The notes under the pieces were generated by a model, which was not told the DNA's origin, did not search any database, and saw nothing but the letters and a program-made list of their open reading frames with translations. This document shows, piece by piece, positions 14,527-27,941 of a stretch of 64,000 bases of DNA. A program made the position numbers and the translations under genes. The first letter of the stretch is position 1, and every line of letters begins with the position of its first letter. The stretch is from Ptychomitrium polyphyllum (lineage: Eukaryota). The DNA lies in NCBI GenBank assembly GCA_973851085.1, contig OZ316775.1:6758001-6822000 (forward strand), read 5' to 3'.

Positions 14527-17500
14527 TTACTCCAAAGATTGTGGATGCTTGAGCTCGCTAGGTCGCAGGACAACGTGCTGGATTTTCATAAAAAAGCGAC
14601 CACACATGAGTTAGTTCTTTCAAATTTGCACAACCAATGCGGTTACAACATAGTTACAACGATCAGAACAATAGTTGTTTGTCAAAGATTTGAAATGGGA
14701 AAACAAACAGACTTATTCTCACCTTGATTTGCCGTCGATTATAGGTGTACTTGCATGAATATTCTTATCAGAAGCCAGTATCACAGCAGCATAAGAGAAT
14801 TCTCCGTCGTCGTTATTTTCTAGAGTCACATAATCTCGCCAACTAAGTCCGTCGTCCTCGGACAGTGCTACTTTCAGAATCCCACGAGACACAGTATTGT
14901 ACAGTACCAACAACCGCCCATCATGTAGCTTCACGCCATCAAAACCTGCACAAAGCCCCGTTTTCTGATTATCAATTGAAAGAAATGAGCTCCTTCGGAT
15001 GTTATCGAGGAAGAACGTCCTCTCGGTTGTGAGCGGAAATAACGAATAAAAGTTGTAAGGATAAAGAAGCGAGCAAACGACTTTCGGTCCAATGCATGAA
15101 AGCAAAACAGACCACAATTGCAATTGATAAGATCAGTTGGAGTAGCAAAGCTCCATGTGATGCCTCCGTCTGTAGAGGTCGCCATGCAGATTCTGCCGAC
15201 CTCGGAACTGGGGCGTAATAAAACTCGGAGAGTATCATTAGCTGTTACAAATGGGACAGGTTGTATAACCCCAAAAGAAACACCGGATATAAAAATTGGA
15301 CCATGTTTTGCCCATGAACGGCCTGCATCAGAAGTCACCTGTACCCAGCCTAGTCCCACCTTATCAACCATTAACAGAAGATATGGCATCTCACTATGGA
15401 TCTAGATCTGCACAAAACACGTATGACGGCTTCTCTTTTACTTTCTCGACTACAGACAATTATGATCTACATTTCTGAAACATTGTTACTCAAAGAGCTT
15501 TTGAGAGAATACATGGAAGCCCACCTCCATCCAAGCTCCCCAGGCATTCCAGCTCTCCGTCGAGGAGCCACACAAAAGTCGGTCATCCTTCATTAACAGA
15601 GGCTGCATCCACAGAGTAGAAAGTGTGCTCAGACAACCAAAGTCGACTAGGCACTAACTCCACATGCTTGCTTTATTTCCAAAGTAATCATCATAACTAA
15701 AAAGCCACTTCAAGCCCTGAGAAAAAACGACAGTGCAAACATGTCTACTTGGTTCCCAAGGTAGGGTTGCAAGGAACCCTATGTGTGCTTGGAGAAATCA
15801 GATTGAAACAGTTATTAGAAACTAGTGTTCCAATCCGATTATTACGCACTTATTAGTACCTTGTTTTTAATAGGACCTAGAATGCCAGGAGGCAGCTGTT
15901 CTCTAGATGACCACGTCACGCCATTGTCAGAGGATCTCTTCATAAAGCCACTCCATCTGTTTCAAGACGTCCTTGAGCACTAGAAAGAAGAGAAACGGTA
16001 AACATGAAGACACAATGAAATATTGACATAAAAACAGACAACTTTTGGATGAAACTCTCATTACCACAGATACCTACTTTTGCACTTCTTCACCGATTTT
16101 GTAGAATAAGTGTAGTTCTCCCGCAGGCATCTTGAAGAGGACTGGATTCCAAAGAGGCACATTTGGTTCTCTATCCATCAAAACTGGGTGCGTCCAATGT
16201 CCTGCCTGCCCATTTCAATATATACGCACAGTTCTCATTATAACTAAGATGGACAGATATCTATGCACAAACAACCGCAAGCGACGATTCTCTCGTCCTA
16301 AGCAGCTTAAAACTACCTCGATGATTTTGAGATCCAAAGAACAGTGTCAAATGTAAAAGAATTGCCAGCAATTAGATGGTGAGCAACAGAAGCCCCACTC
16401 GAAGAGAAATTGATGCTATATCTTCACTTTGGACCATCTGTGTAGATCCTGGAGCTAATAGTTGAAATTCTGTCCACAATAGAAGCATGGTGATAAAAGA
16501 TAAACAGACCTCAAGTCGAGAGGTCCAAATAGCGACATCACCATAGCCCTCGTACGTGCCCCCAAAATAGGCTGCCAAGAAAGTACCTGAGCCCAACTGC
16601 GCTCAACGTTTCTTAAACAAATTATTCATTGGTGAAAGAAAAACAACAAAGCATTCCACTTGCACAGAATCGACATCATAAAAACATTGCAAATGTGTAA
16701 AGCAAATACACTAAAGCACCTAGTACCAAATATGGCTCTCTCAGGACGTGAGCGATTCTCAGGTACCTCAACAATGGACGAGGCATGACAGCTGGCAAAT
16801 GGTGCTTTTCCATCTTCAAACAAAAATTCCTCTGTGATTATTGCAGCATGACGAGGCTTAGTCATGTTGGCAGGTGCATATTGAGCATCAATGTTACTGT
16901 CGTTGCCCTCCTCTAGACCACTGAAAGCATGGCATTGATTGAGAAACATGGTGACTTCAGAATTATTAACGAGCCTATTGTCAATTTATACAAGCAGGAC
17001 AATAAAAACCATATGGAGATGGTTCTCTACTTGGATACCATCATCGCTTTAGTTGAGTCTAACCCTGTTTGGTAAATTTTCTCTAGCATCATCTCCAGCT
17101 CTTTCCGAGAGCCACGTTCTCCTTGTGAGTATTGATCACTACCCTTTGCTACTGTGCCATGGATACTTTCAAATGCAGGCAGTAGCGAATAGATAGTTGA
17201 TCCAGAAATTGTCAGAATTACAAGTGAAGTAAGTGCCCAACTTCTAGACAGCCGCGTGAGGAAGTGCCTGAGTTCCAGCAAGAGATTGAGAGTCCTCCTG
17301 CATTCTGCACATATACCACAAATTAAGTCTTCGTGTTTCCAAGAGGCAGAGGAAACCTTAAAAAAGCCGCAAATACGAAATCTTAACTATCAATTCCATT
17401 GTTCATCTTCTCTTGATTCCACGTCTGTCCAACAAGCTCAATAGTTTTGATAAATACAGGACATGTTGTGCATGAAAGCCCAAATCCTTGAGCATAAAAT

Positions 17501-18325
17501 GAAAGAAACTCCAGGAGATGAAACTGATGAATGAACACCTCAATAAGACTGTTCTACATGCAGTTTGCAGCCGATCGTACCTAAACTTTACACATTAGAT
17601 GTAGCATCTGCAAGTGAAATATCCGTGCGAGGAAGTTTAAAATTTTGAGCTAAACATGGCACAAAATTCCTTACTCGTTTTGTATACAGACACATATCTA
17701 CGAGCCATACTCTGTGACAACAATGACAACGTCCACTAAAACGGTCAAGCCAAGAACCAAATCCATGACAACATTAAATACAGCACAAAATCCGCAACCA
17801 CGACGACGTCATGTCTTTCGCGCCAGAGCAGGCTTACAATAATTACCTTCCATCCGCAAAACCAAACCCTAAAGCCACTTCATCCTCAATCCATTCCACA
17901 TACCAAGAATGAGCAATCATTACCATACCACCACAATAACCTTGTCCACATGTTTACAGCAAATTCCTAAAAAGACCAATTCAGAAACAAACCACATTTA
18001 AGAAGTAATCACCAATTCAAAGAAAGCAACAGTACCTACCACCATAACTCTCAAACAGACCCTCGCAACCTCGAAACGCACCCCATAACAACTTCAAAAC
18101 GCATACAAGGCATTCCAAATACCGAAACTCAAACTAGTCCAAATGATCGGGCCGACAAGAAACTTCAACACCAAGAGGGATTCCAAACCGAAAGACCATA
18201 GCTTGCTGGACCTCGTCACAACTCACGAAGCGCAATCAGTCGATGCACTAAAACCGAAAGGGGAAGCGCGTACCGCAGCAGGATCGAGGTTTGCGATGAA
18301 CCTCCCGACGGCGTGAGAGAGGCAT
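14527..18325 (-). CDS. BNR/Asp-box repeat (sialidase/neuraminidase-like) protein with N-terminal membrane anchor; apparent frameshift near 14750
   Basis: Exons encode [21 protein letters not shown], the Asp-boxes [26 protein letters not shown] and SEDDGLSW, plus GEFSY. Proposed exon 1 (18274-18325, [17 protein letters not shown]) splices in phase to the exon ending at 17304. Last exon is [16 protein letters not shown]. Confidence 0.85.
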
Positions 18326-21300
18326 GGCGCCACCTAGCGCTGCCTAGAGAGCGGCCTCTCTTGTATGGCATTCGATCGCCATAGCTCCACCATCGTCCTC
18401 ATCAAGCAAAACCTTCGCGTTTCTGGGCTCCGTGCCATGCCATGAGATTTCTCATTCCTAAAGCGTCATAACTCCCAAAACCGTCATTGTCTAGTCCAAC
18501 GGTAGAATAGAGTTTTTAAATTTTTCGACAGTCTTAGATGGCGGCGGTTAAATGCTGAGACGGTTTTAGGAGCACTGGAGGTATGCGGGACGATTGCTTG
18601 CGTGGCATAATAACCCGCCTTGAATCCGCGTTGGCATGATGACTGGGTGGTTGAAACAGCGGTCGGCGACTTCCGTTCCTCGGCGTGCGTCCTGTGGTCG
18701 GTTAATTGGAGGTGGTTTTCAGTCTCTCATTTTCGAACAGTGCGACGTCAGTTTCACCAAACTTTGTGGGCTGCACTATTAATGAAATAGTGTGACATAG
18801 GGTAGTTACAGGTAGAGTCGAACTTGGAAAGCGAAAATTGTAGAGGATCTTATGATCTATTTGGGCATAGTTGTTGATGTTCTATATTTCACCCGCTACA
18901 ATTGGACACCTGTAGTGTATGGTGAGAGCACAATGTACCAGGATGTGTGGATGGTTGTACTAACTGAGTTTTGGATTATAGTGCAGTTTAATGAAATCTT
19001 TTGAAATTTGGAAGCTTGAGAGCTGCACTTGCAATCATGGACAGTACAAGGCAGCCTTTCTAGCACCAGCCGTACAGGCTTCATTCAGGGGACATGCTTC
19101 TTGTACAGTGAGTCCTGTGAAGATTTTTGGATTGTATTTTGTTGGAGGGTGAAAAACGTACACCTTTTTCCATCACATATGGACAATGTCCAGGCATCTG
19201 TCCACATCTTCCTAACTTATATTGAAAAATCAATGATATAATCAGGAGTAATCAGTTTGCAGTCTCACTCAAAATCCTTTGGGCAACTTCAGCAGTGAGC
19301 ACACTAATCAAACTGCCATGTAACAACTTGTGAAGGACTAACAACTTTGCTACATAAGGTTAGGTACAATTACCTGAGGCCTGTGTGACAGAATGATCCT
19401 AGTGCTAGTGCAGCTGTCATTCTCACACCAGGGGAGTCCAGAGCTATCATAGAAAAGTGGAATCACATGCTTGCACTGGCATACAGAGATACCTTTTATA
19501 AAATGCCCTTGCGTGCACTGTGCAGTGCATTGGTTCTCACATCAATCAGACAACAAGCACTACATGAATAATATTAATTGTTTTGCAACTGTCTTGTAAT
19601 GAGCCTAATACGGGAAGATGAAAGGGATGCAGGGCGGCTGACTAATCTAACTTATTTGATTGTAAGTACACAGTGCCTCCTGTCACTGACTAAGTTTGCT
19701 TGGCTGCTACTTGTGCACAACATATTCTTGCTGGCCTGGTCCATCACAAACCTTTCTGTGATCCCAAAATCGCAGCTCCAGCTTCACCTAGCAGTTTTTA
19801 CAAGCATAACTTGTACATTAATCACTTCCAGCTTAAGGTTTAGATGATAGAGACTATGTGATTCATGGAACCCCTGTGAAGGCTCAAAGTTATACATATG
19901 CCACACTATTGATTCCTTTGCACAAGTCTTTCAGTTTAGCACCCACAACTAGGCATGTGAGTATCTCCTCATGAGACAGCCTTCAACTGGGCACCTTCTG
20001 TGACTAATGCAATTGTCACTTTCCAAGCCAATTATGTCATGGTCAGCATTCCTGAGAGTTGAGTACATTACAGTGTAAGCAAAGGCACTGTTGTCATGGA
20101 TGAATGAAAATCACAGCCAGGTGGTGATGCCAAGAGTGCATCCACATACCATCATGTGGATAATTAGGTTCTGCACATTTCCTTGAGTTCATCTCTTACA
20201 AATCCATCAAGATGAACACCCCTTTTCTGTGGCTCTATTTACCAATCATTGTTGTAATTATCCATCATGTGAAAATCAACTGACAAACAAAATCCACGTG
20301 GACTCATTTCTCCGCTCCATAGGGCTTTGTAGCTGACCATCAGGTATTTACAAACCTTCAAGTGTGGAAAAGGATGCACAGAGAATGCCAAACATCCATG
20401 ACGAAGTTGTCTGGATGCTAGATTCAATTATTTCATCCATCATTTACAAATGCAGCAACTTGGAAGACTGTATAGTGACTAAAGCATTCAATGTTTCCAT
20501 GAAAAGTAAGTTTCTAAATATTGCTAGTTTTGAAGGGCAGATTCCAGGCTGTACTAAAGAATGCTATGCTAGTAAATTTTGCATGTATCTTAACATATAA
20601 TTTGTTGCAAAATGTTGATAGATTATAAATATTAGATATTAAAGGTACTGCAATCTTTATGTCATTTCTTGTATTTTGTTTAAAACACTTTTGTTTTGTT
20701 TTACGTAGTTACACCTTATGTAGTAAATATTCAATGATACTTGTCTTTTTGTCATTACATTGGTACTACTGTTAAGGGCAGAAATACTCCTCTAAGTATT
20801 ATCCTATCAATTTCATTTGGTAATCAACTACATAATACTTAATCAATATTAATGGAATTTCTACTTATTATAATTTTCAACTAATTTTTTTGTAACTAAT
20901 TAAAAAAAAAAACTTCAAATGGAACAAATAATAGTTACAAGAAAATAGCAAAATGATGTAGAATTCTATTATCAAAAAAGATATACAAAATTTGGCAAAA
21001 AATTATTAATTAGTGTTAATACCAAAAAAACTGCATGTTGTCTCAAAAGACAACTCCTCTTTACATTTGTTGTACTTAGGATTTAAATCCATTACTTAAA
21101 GCTAATTTAAGCTGCTATGGCTAATTTAACTCTAAATACTATTGATTACCAAGTAGTCTTAATACTAATTTTTTTTTAAATAAGGAAATTATTGAGTCAT
21201 TGAAGTACTTAATTCTTTAACATCTCCACAATATGAAAAATATTATAAAAATCAAAATTCTTAACAATTATTAAATAAAATGATACAAAAATGTACAAAA

Positions 21301-23789
21301 TATTATTTCCATCTTTATATAAGTATGAATGTAATGAGGTTTAAAACTACATAAATAAAATTATTAGTTGAACACTTCTTTATAAATCAGTTGAAGCAAG
21401 ACATTTCTCTAAAGTCATAATGAAGCAAGATCCTTGGAAAAAATAAAGATATACACATATGATTTCTTTCATACAAATTTCCATTATATAATTGTATGAA
21501 TTTTTTTGAAGAAAATAACATATTTAATTTGATTAAATTCTTTTGTATAGATTCTAAGAAATATAGCATATCATGATAATTCAAAGCATTCATACAAACT
21601 ACATTTTCCATAGAAGATTTGTACAATATATGTTTAAAATGTGTTTTTTTCACTTCCATTTGTTCATGCATGGATGAGAATCAAGGAAAAATTAATATAA
21701 ATACAAGCACATTAAGTTTAAAATGCCAAACTATTGCATTAAAGTTGTTCCTTTTCAATAAAATATTTAATTATTTTAAAATCTATTGTAAAGTACATTA
21801 AATTTATTATAAATCTTGCTATAAACTTTTAATTTGGATAAATGATAAAAATGAGGTTTATGAAATTTTCACCTTGGCAATGTTTAATTTAAAATTGGCA
21901 AGTATGTATTATAAATATGTTAATTTTGAATTCATTACACATAATAAATGCCATTTTTTATTCATTTTTTTGAATCTAAAATCTCATATACCAATTTTTT
22001 CTCAAATCCTTATTTATTACTTTAGTTTATATTTGAAAATTTCTAAACATGAAGAATACATGGAGCTAATAAAAAATATATATTTATAAAGAAAAAAGAG
22101 AATAAAATTCAAAATAAATTGGATAAATAAGCTCCAAAAAATTTGGTGGTGTTTGCAAGTTTTTGCATTCATTACAAGGTAATGGTTCTACAAGCTTAAA
22201 AATCTTTTTGAAGTTTACTAAAAAATACTTTTTCAACCCTAAAAAAAATCCATTCAATTCATGTTTTGATGATTTATACAGATCTATTAAAACGTAATAC
22301 TTGGATAAATAATGAGGAATGAATGCCTAAATGAAAATGTAGTGTTTGAATTATTGATTATTTTATATGATTAAATTTCATATCTATACCACCAATACAT
22401 TTGTACGTTTTTGAGGCTCTTTGTTGCCGCAATTTTATGATTAGGGTGCAAGCACAGCAGCTTCTGATGACAAGTTTCAGATAATTTGTTAATTGGTAGA
22501 ACTTGTCAAGGAATGAATAGTGGTTGCATATTCCTCTCAAGATCCAGCTTTTGTAGTCTTTTTATATCCCAAACTCTAAAATTTTGAATTTAGTTAATTC
22601 TTCTAGAATTTTTTATAAAAAATGTAATATTTTGAATGCAGTTTGTTTTCAAAAATTCTATTGCATAAAATAGGAGGTTGATAGTATTTAAACTAATATT
22701 TTTTAATATTTTGATTTAACTTACTCCTACTTCATTGATTATAAAATTTTAATACAAAGTCTAATTTAGAATCTAAATTGTGAAATTTATGGCTTATCAT
22801 TCTAATAACCTTGGCAAAAATGAATGTATAGAATATTTCATTTGATTTCAAAAAAAAAAAGGTTTAAAATCATTCATCAATTACTGTTTTAATTTCTATT
22901 TCTTTTAAAAATTTACTTATAAAACATTTCTATGGTTTTATAGCCCTTTGTTGAATAAATTGCTTAATTTACATGCAAATTTAGGTATATATTAATAATA
23001 ATTTTGAAAAGCACAAAGAACATCTAAATTTTTTTACATGGACAAATATGGAATAAAAAGTATCCACTAAGACTAAAAAGATGGACAAGTCTACTTAAAG
23101 AATCTTCTTTAAGTATATTTTGAAAATGAATCATTATCCTTTAATTGTGCTTAAATATCCTTAATATTTCCTTATTTGATGTCCTTCCAACTAAACTGGT
23201 GAAAGTAGACAAGTAGACACCTTGGACCATCTGTATTTAAATTGAATAAACAACTTAATATTCTAAAAGTGAAACGTTATAGAATTTTTTTTTAAATAAC
23301 TTTCTTCAAACTAAAAACTTAATCGTATATAGATTGAGTGTTTAGAGTATGCTAATTTTTGAGTTTTTTAACTCATTGAGTTTACCAATACATTTAACAT
23401 CAAAGGATAATATAAACTGAGATAGTAGAAATCAACAAAATTTTCCTTTCACGTGCAAGGATGTTGAAACAAAAGAAAAATCTTTACATTTTTGAACCTG
23501 CCAACAAACCATCCTATCAAAGACTCAAAGTATGCAATCCAACCAACCTTGATGCAGTGTAACCATTCAATTTACAAATATCATCTTCTGCTATGAGAAA
23601 TTTTTACTTTACATTGTAGCTTTCATATGGAAAAATATCACTCTGACAGCACAACAACCTTTGATCAATTAAATAGAACGTGTCTCCTTAGAAACTTGGC
23701 TGTTGGTGCACAGATTTGCTTCAACAACTGAAGACCATCATGTTATTCTGGGCTGCATTTTGCATTCAGGGTGACAAGTCTATTATGAC

Positions 23790-24315
23790 ACAGAATTGTT
23801 GGATAGGTATTCAGGGAATTTTCAATCTGATATGAATGTCTACTGCCATGTGCCAGTTCAACCATGACTGGCACAAGGGTCAGGTCAATTGTGAAACATT
23901 GAAGGGTGGAAGAGCTGCAGGTTTTGACACAATACTTCTTCAGACAGCCTCATCCAAACTCTGGCAGTTGACCATACGTCCTTGGAGCTAAAGCACATTG
24001 AGCTTTTGAACCTATCCTAAAGTAGTGGCATACATGTTTCCTCAAAGGCTCAAAGGGTTGATATGAATATTCACTGTGATATAAATGTCTTGTGCAATGT
24101 GCAGTTGAACTATGAATGACCCAAGGGACTCAGAGAACTGCACCAGCTCAATTGTGAAAACTTGAAGTATGGAAGAGCTGCAGGTTTTGAAATGATACCT
24201 CTTTGAATAACCTTGTCCAATACTCCAGTGGTTGTCCATACATCTTTGGAGATAAAGTGCATTGTGATTTTAAACATGTGCTAAACTAGTGGCATACAGG
24301 TTTCCTCAAAGGATT
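23790..24315 (+). repeat. Diverged ~260-bp tandem duplication with LRR-like decayed coding character
   Basis: AATTGTGAAA...GGAAGAGCTGCAGGTTTTGA recurs at ~23887 and ~24150, and TAGTGGCATACA.GTTTCCTCAAAGG recurs at ~24023 and ~24287. Translations give LRELHQLNCENLK-like pieces interrupted by stops. Confidence 0.6.
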
Positions 24316-26013
24316 GATGGGTTCATGTACCTGTGCACTGGGCAGGACTGAGTAAGATCAAAGGGATATGATATACCACAGGGGCTTGAGGTACATCATC
24401 ACACAGGGTGATATGGATGCTAGTTTATGATGAGAGGAGAAGTTAGAAGGCAGACCTTCCTACTGGCCATTTGATAGACAAATGGGTCCATGAGAGCTGC
24501 CTGACATAGAAGTGGCTCTAGTAGTTGATGGACATAAAAATGAAATGCTGCATGAAAGCATAAAGGGAGACCAAGAAATTAGCTGACAAGGCCTGGCCGT
24601 AGCAGCAGCTGTAGTTGGTAAAGTCCAAACAGTCCTTGTAAAAGGTGCACTTGATCATCTGCCTCCCAGCAGCCAGTTACTCTATCCACCTTCTGGCTCT
24701 TTTGTGAGTCAAGGATACTAACCTTGAGAACTGGCTTCAAGTGATTCAAAATCAGTCAGTCTGCTTAGAGAGAAAATTCCTGACTTATTCTTTTTTGCTA
24801 GCACATTCCAACTGGGTCAAAGTCAATCAGCTCAATTTACATTTCTTTTAAACATTTATTGATCTTGGTTGAGGGACATTGTTCTGTACTTCCAGCTTGA
24901 TTTCAGCTTACTCATCAGTCTAGAAAGATATGACCCAAGTTGTGCAAGATCACAGTCATTGACTGTGTTTTGTTGATAGAGGTCCCACAACTCTCAAATG
25001 GTATATCCATGAATTGTATTGTGACATCAAGATCAGGCTGATAGCAACCTCTGCAACAGTGGTGAAACACACATCAAGACACATCTCCACCACCCAGCCT
25101 ACAGTTAGTGGAAGTACATGGTCATGCCCGGGCAGCAGCCTCAAACAGGTGCAAGTTCTTCACATGCAAATCCAACCAATGAGGATTCTGCTCAGGCGAA
25201 AATCATGGAAAAGCTTTCAAAACCTCTCTGCAACTCACTATATTACCAATTGCACCCACAGGTTCAACCAATCATGCATATGCACATCTGAAATGTCAAA
25301 GAATGCACCTGCAATTAATTTATATGCTATACATGATTTCACACTAATATCTAACCAGTAAATACTCTGCACAGGCATGTAATACATGGAACAACTTTAA
25401 GGTAAACTTCTTTTTATAGATGTCACCAGTTGGACATAATGAGATCTTAACTAAGCTGTGACTCTGTGAGCATTAAAATACTCTTGATTTATGTAGGAAT
25501 GAATCAGCAAACACCTTATACATAATGCATGATTTCACGCCCACATCCAACCAATAAAGATGAATTGGCTCTGCGTAGACACACAATACATCAACTAACT
25601 TTAAAGTTTAGGTGAAACTTCATTCCATCCATGTCACCAATGAGCATTAAAAGAACTCTTGAAATGTGGAAAGAATCTGCACAGGAGGGACGCAGAGTTG
25701 CTAAGAGGAGCGGCGGCCAACAATGAAGGAGGTAGGGGACAGCTGAAGAGCCAGCGGCCTACATGAAGGAGAGACGCGGGTAGGTACAGGGAAGTGAGTG
25801 GCAACGGCGGGCAGGGCAGCGGAGGGGGATGAAACGCATGGACGACATCCATCGAGCAGGCGCGAGGGCCAGTTAAGAGCCAAGCACAAGGCCAAAGATG
25901 GGCTCCATTCGTTGTGTGTAGTGTGAAGTGTGCACTGTGAAGTGGGACGGCATACCAGCGCATTCACTTGCACTGGAGTTCTCATCTCTCGTGCATTTGC
26001 ATGCTTAGCATTC

Positions 26014-26082
26014 GCCTCTGCCTCTGCCTCTGCCTCAGCCTCTGCGACCTCTGCCTCAGCCTCAGCCTCTGCGCCCTCTGCC
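26014..26082 (+). repeat. Imperfect hexanucleotide microsatellite (GCCTCT/GCCTCA)n upstream of the expansin ATG
   Basis: About 11 imperfect GCCTCW units are visible directly. Confidence 0.9.
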
Positions 26083-26152
26083 ATCGCCATCGCTCGTGCT
26101 CCTCGCTTGCGAGTTCAACCTCCTCTCAGCTGCGCTTTCGTCCACACTCATC

Positions 26153-27941
26153 ATGGCTGTGATCTATTCTCCCGGCGCTGCTCTCGCAGTGGCGGCGCTC
26201 GTGTGCTCTGCGGTGATCTTGTCGGTGGAGGCTTGGGGGACTGATGGCTGGAATTCTGCTCACGCTACTTACTACGGGGGAGCTGACGCTTCCGGGACTC
26301 AAGGTAGGTGCGGGAAGAACTACGTAGCAATAGTTCTTTCGTTGAGCGCTCGTGTTGTTGTGGTTAGAGATTGTGTGAGGGAGAGATCAGCTTGTAGAAC
26401 CAGCCTCGGGCTGTATTTTGTGGTGTATTAGAGGGAAGGTGTGGTTGCTTGGAAGGCGTTGGTAGAAGTAGTTCTTTGATTGAGCGCTCCGGTTGTTGTA
26501 GTTGGAGATTATGTGATCGGAGTGAAGGGAGATACTGTCAGTTTGTAAAATCAGCCTTGGGCTGTAGTGATGTTTGGCGATGGGGATGAAAGACGTGATT
26601 GCTAGAGAGACGTTGGCAGAAGCACTATTCGTCTTGATGCTGTAAGAGATTGTATGATCGAGGGGGGCGTCGAGAGCTTGGACAGTATTCAGCTTCGGTC
26701 TGTTTTCTTAATAGTCGTAATGTTACATTTGTCGATGGAGATGGATATTTAGCCTTTCGCGCCATTGTGGAATTATTACTGTGGTGCGTTGTGGTGTTAG
26801 GCGACGTTGTGATACGTTGTGCTGTATGTTTTGAATGCGTTGAGCTAGTCCATTCATGCAATGATCTAATAAAGATTTCAATTAATCAATGCTGAGGTTA
26901 CTAGTTGTAGCTCGTGAATTTGGCTTTTGTTTAAATTTAGGACGTATAGTCGTCACTTAGTTGATTAATACTTGTAATGTAGTGTTCCTGTGAGTTGCGA
27001 GATTGGAACAAGGCCGGAGTAAGTTTCCTTCGTTTATAATTTCTACGTTAGACCGTCTGTAGTTGTATTCACAAATTTGTGGAGATTAGAAAATGCCAAT
27101 GAACAATGGCAAATCCTAATTATGGCGATATCGACTATGTAATCCTGTGTAGGCGGAGCGTGCGGATTCGGCAACCTTTACAGCACAGGCTACGGCACTA
27201 ATACCGCAGCGTTGAGCCAAGCGCTCTTCAACTCCGGCCTCACGTGTGGTGCTTGTTTCGAACTGGCCTGCGACTCCAGCGGCTCCAAGTATTGCGAAGG
27301 GGCGCCCTCCGTCGTCGTCACCGCCACGAACTTCTGTCCCTCTGGCTCTGACGGTGGCTGGTGTGACCAACCGAAGCAGCACTTCGACCTCGCCATGCCT
27401 GTCTTCACCAAAATCGCGCAGGAAGTCGGCGGTGTCATTCCCGTTAAATACAGAAGGTACACTATCTTCTTCATTTTCCTCACATTTATCCTCGATGCAT
27501 TCCTCAGGGCCTGTTTCCTCACATTTTTTATTCTCTTGAGCTTGAGATTATCGTGGTTATGGCACTGGAGTCGACCTAATGCTGGTGACTGATTCATGGT
27601 GTCCTTCTGGTGGCCTTCCTTGTGAATATAGAGTGCCGTGCCAGAAGACTGGCGGCATGCGCTTCACCATCAATGGAAACCCGTTCTTCATTCTCGTTCT
27701 AGTGACAAACGTGGCGGGCGCGGGAGACGTGCAGCAGCTCTCCATCAAAGGCGACAACACAGGTTGGTACGACATGAAGCGCAACTGGGGGCAGCAATGG
27801 CAGTTCTCGGGCAACAGCGCACTCGTAGGGCAGGCGCTTTCCTTCAAGGTCGTCACGAGCGATGGCGCTGTGTCGACGTCCATGTACGCTGCGCCTGCGA
27901 ACTGGCGATTCTCCCAGACTTTCGAAGGTGTCAATTATTGA
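26153..27941 (+). CDS. EXPA: Alpha-expansin, 3 exons (26153-26303, 27153-27456, 27632-27941)
   Basis: Signal peptide, [74 protein letters not shown] and MKRNWGQQW. Confidence 0.97.

Noticed and set aside
19715..19790. Minus-strand LELRFWDH...GQQEY, vaguely like a Roc/GTPase switch motif
   Set aside because: The spacing is wrong, stops follow immediately and no P-loop was found nearby.
25701..26244. ORFs with poly-AE and poly-AS tracts
   Set aside because: Artefacts of the GCCTCW microsatellite upstream of the expansin gene.
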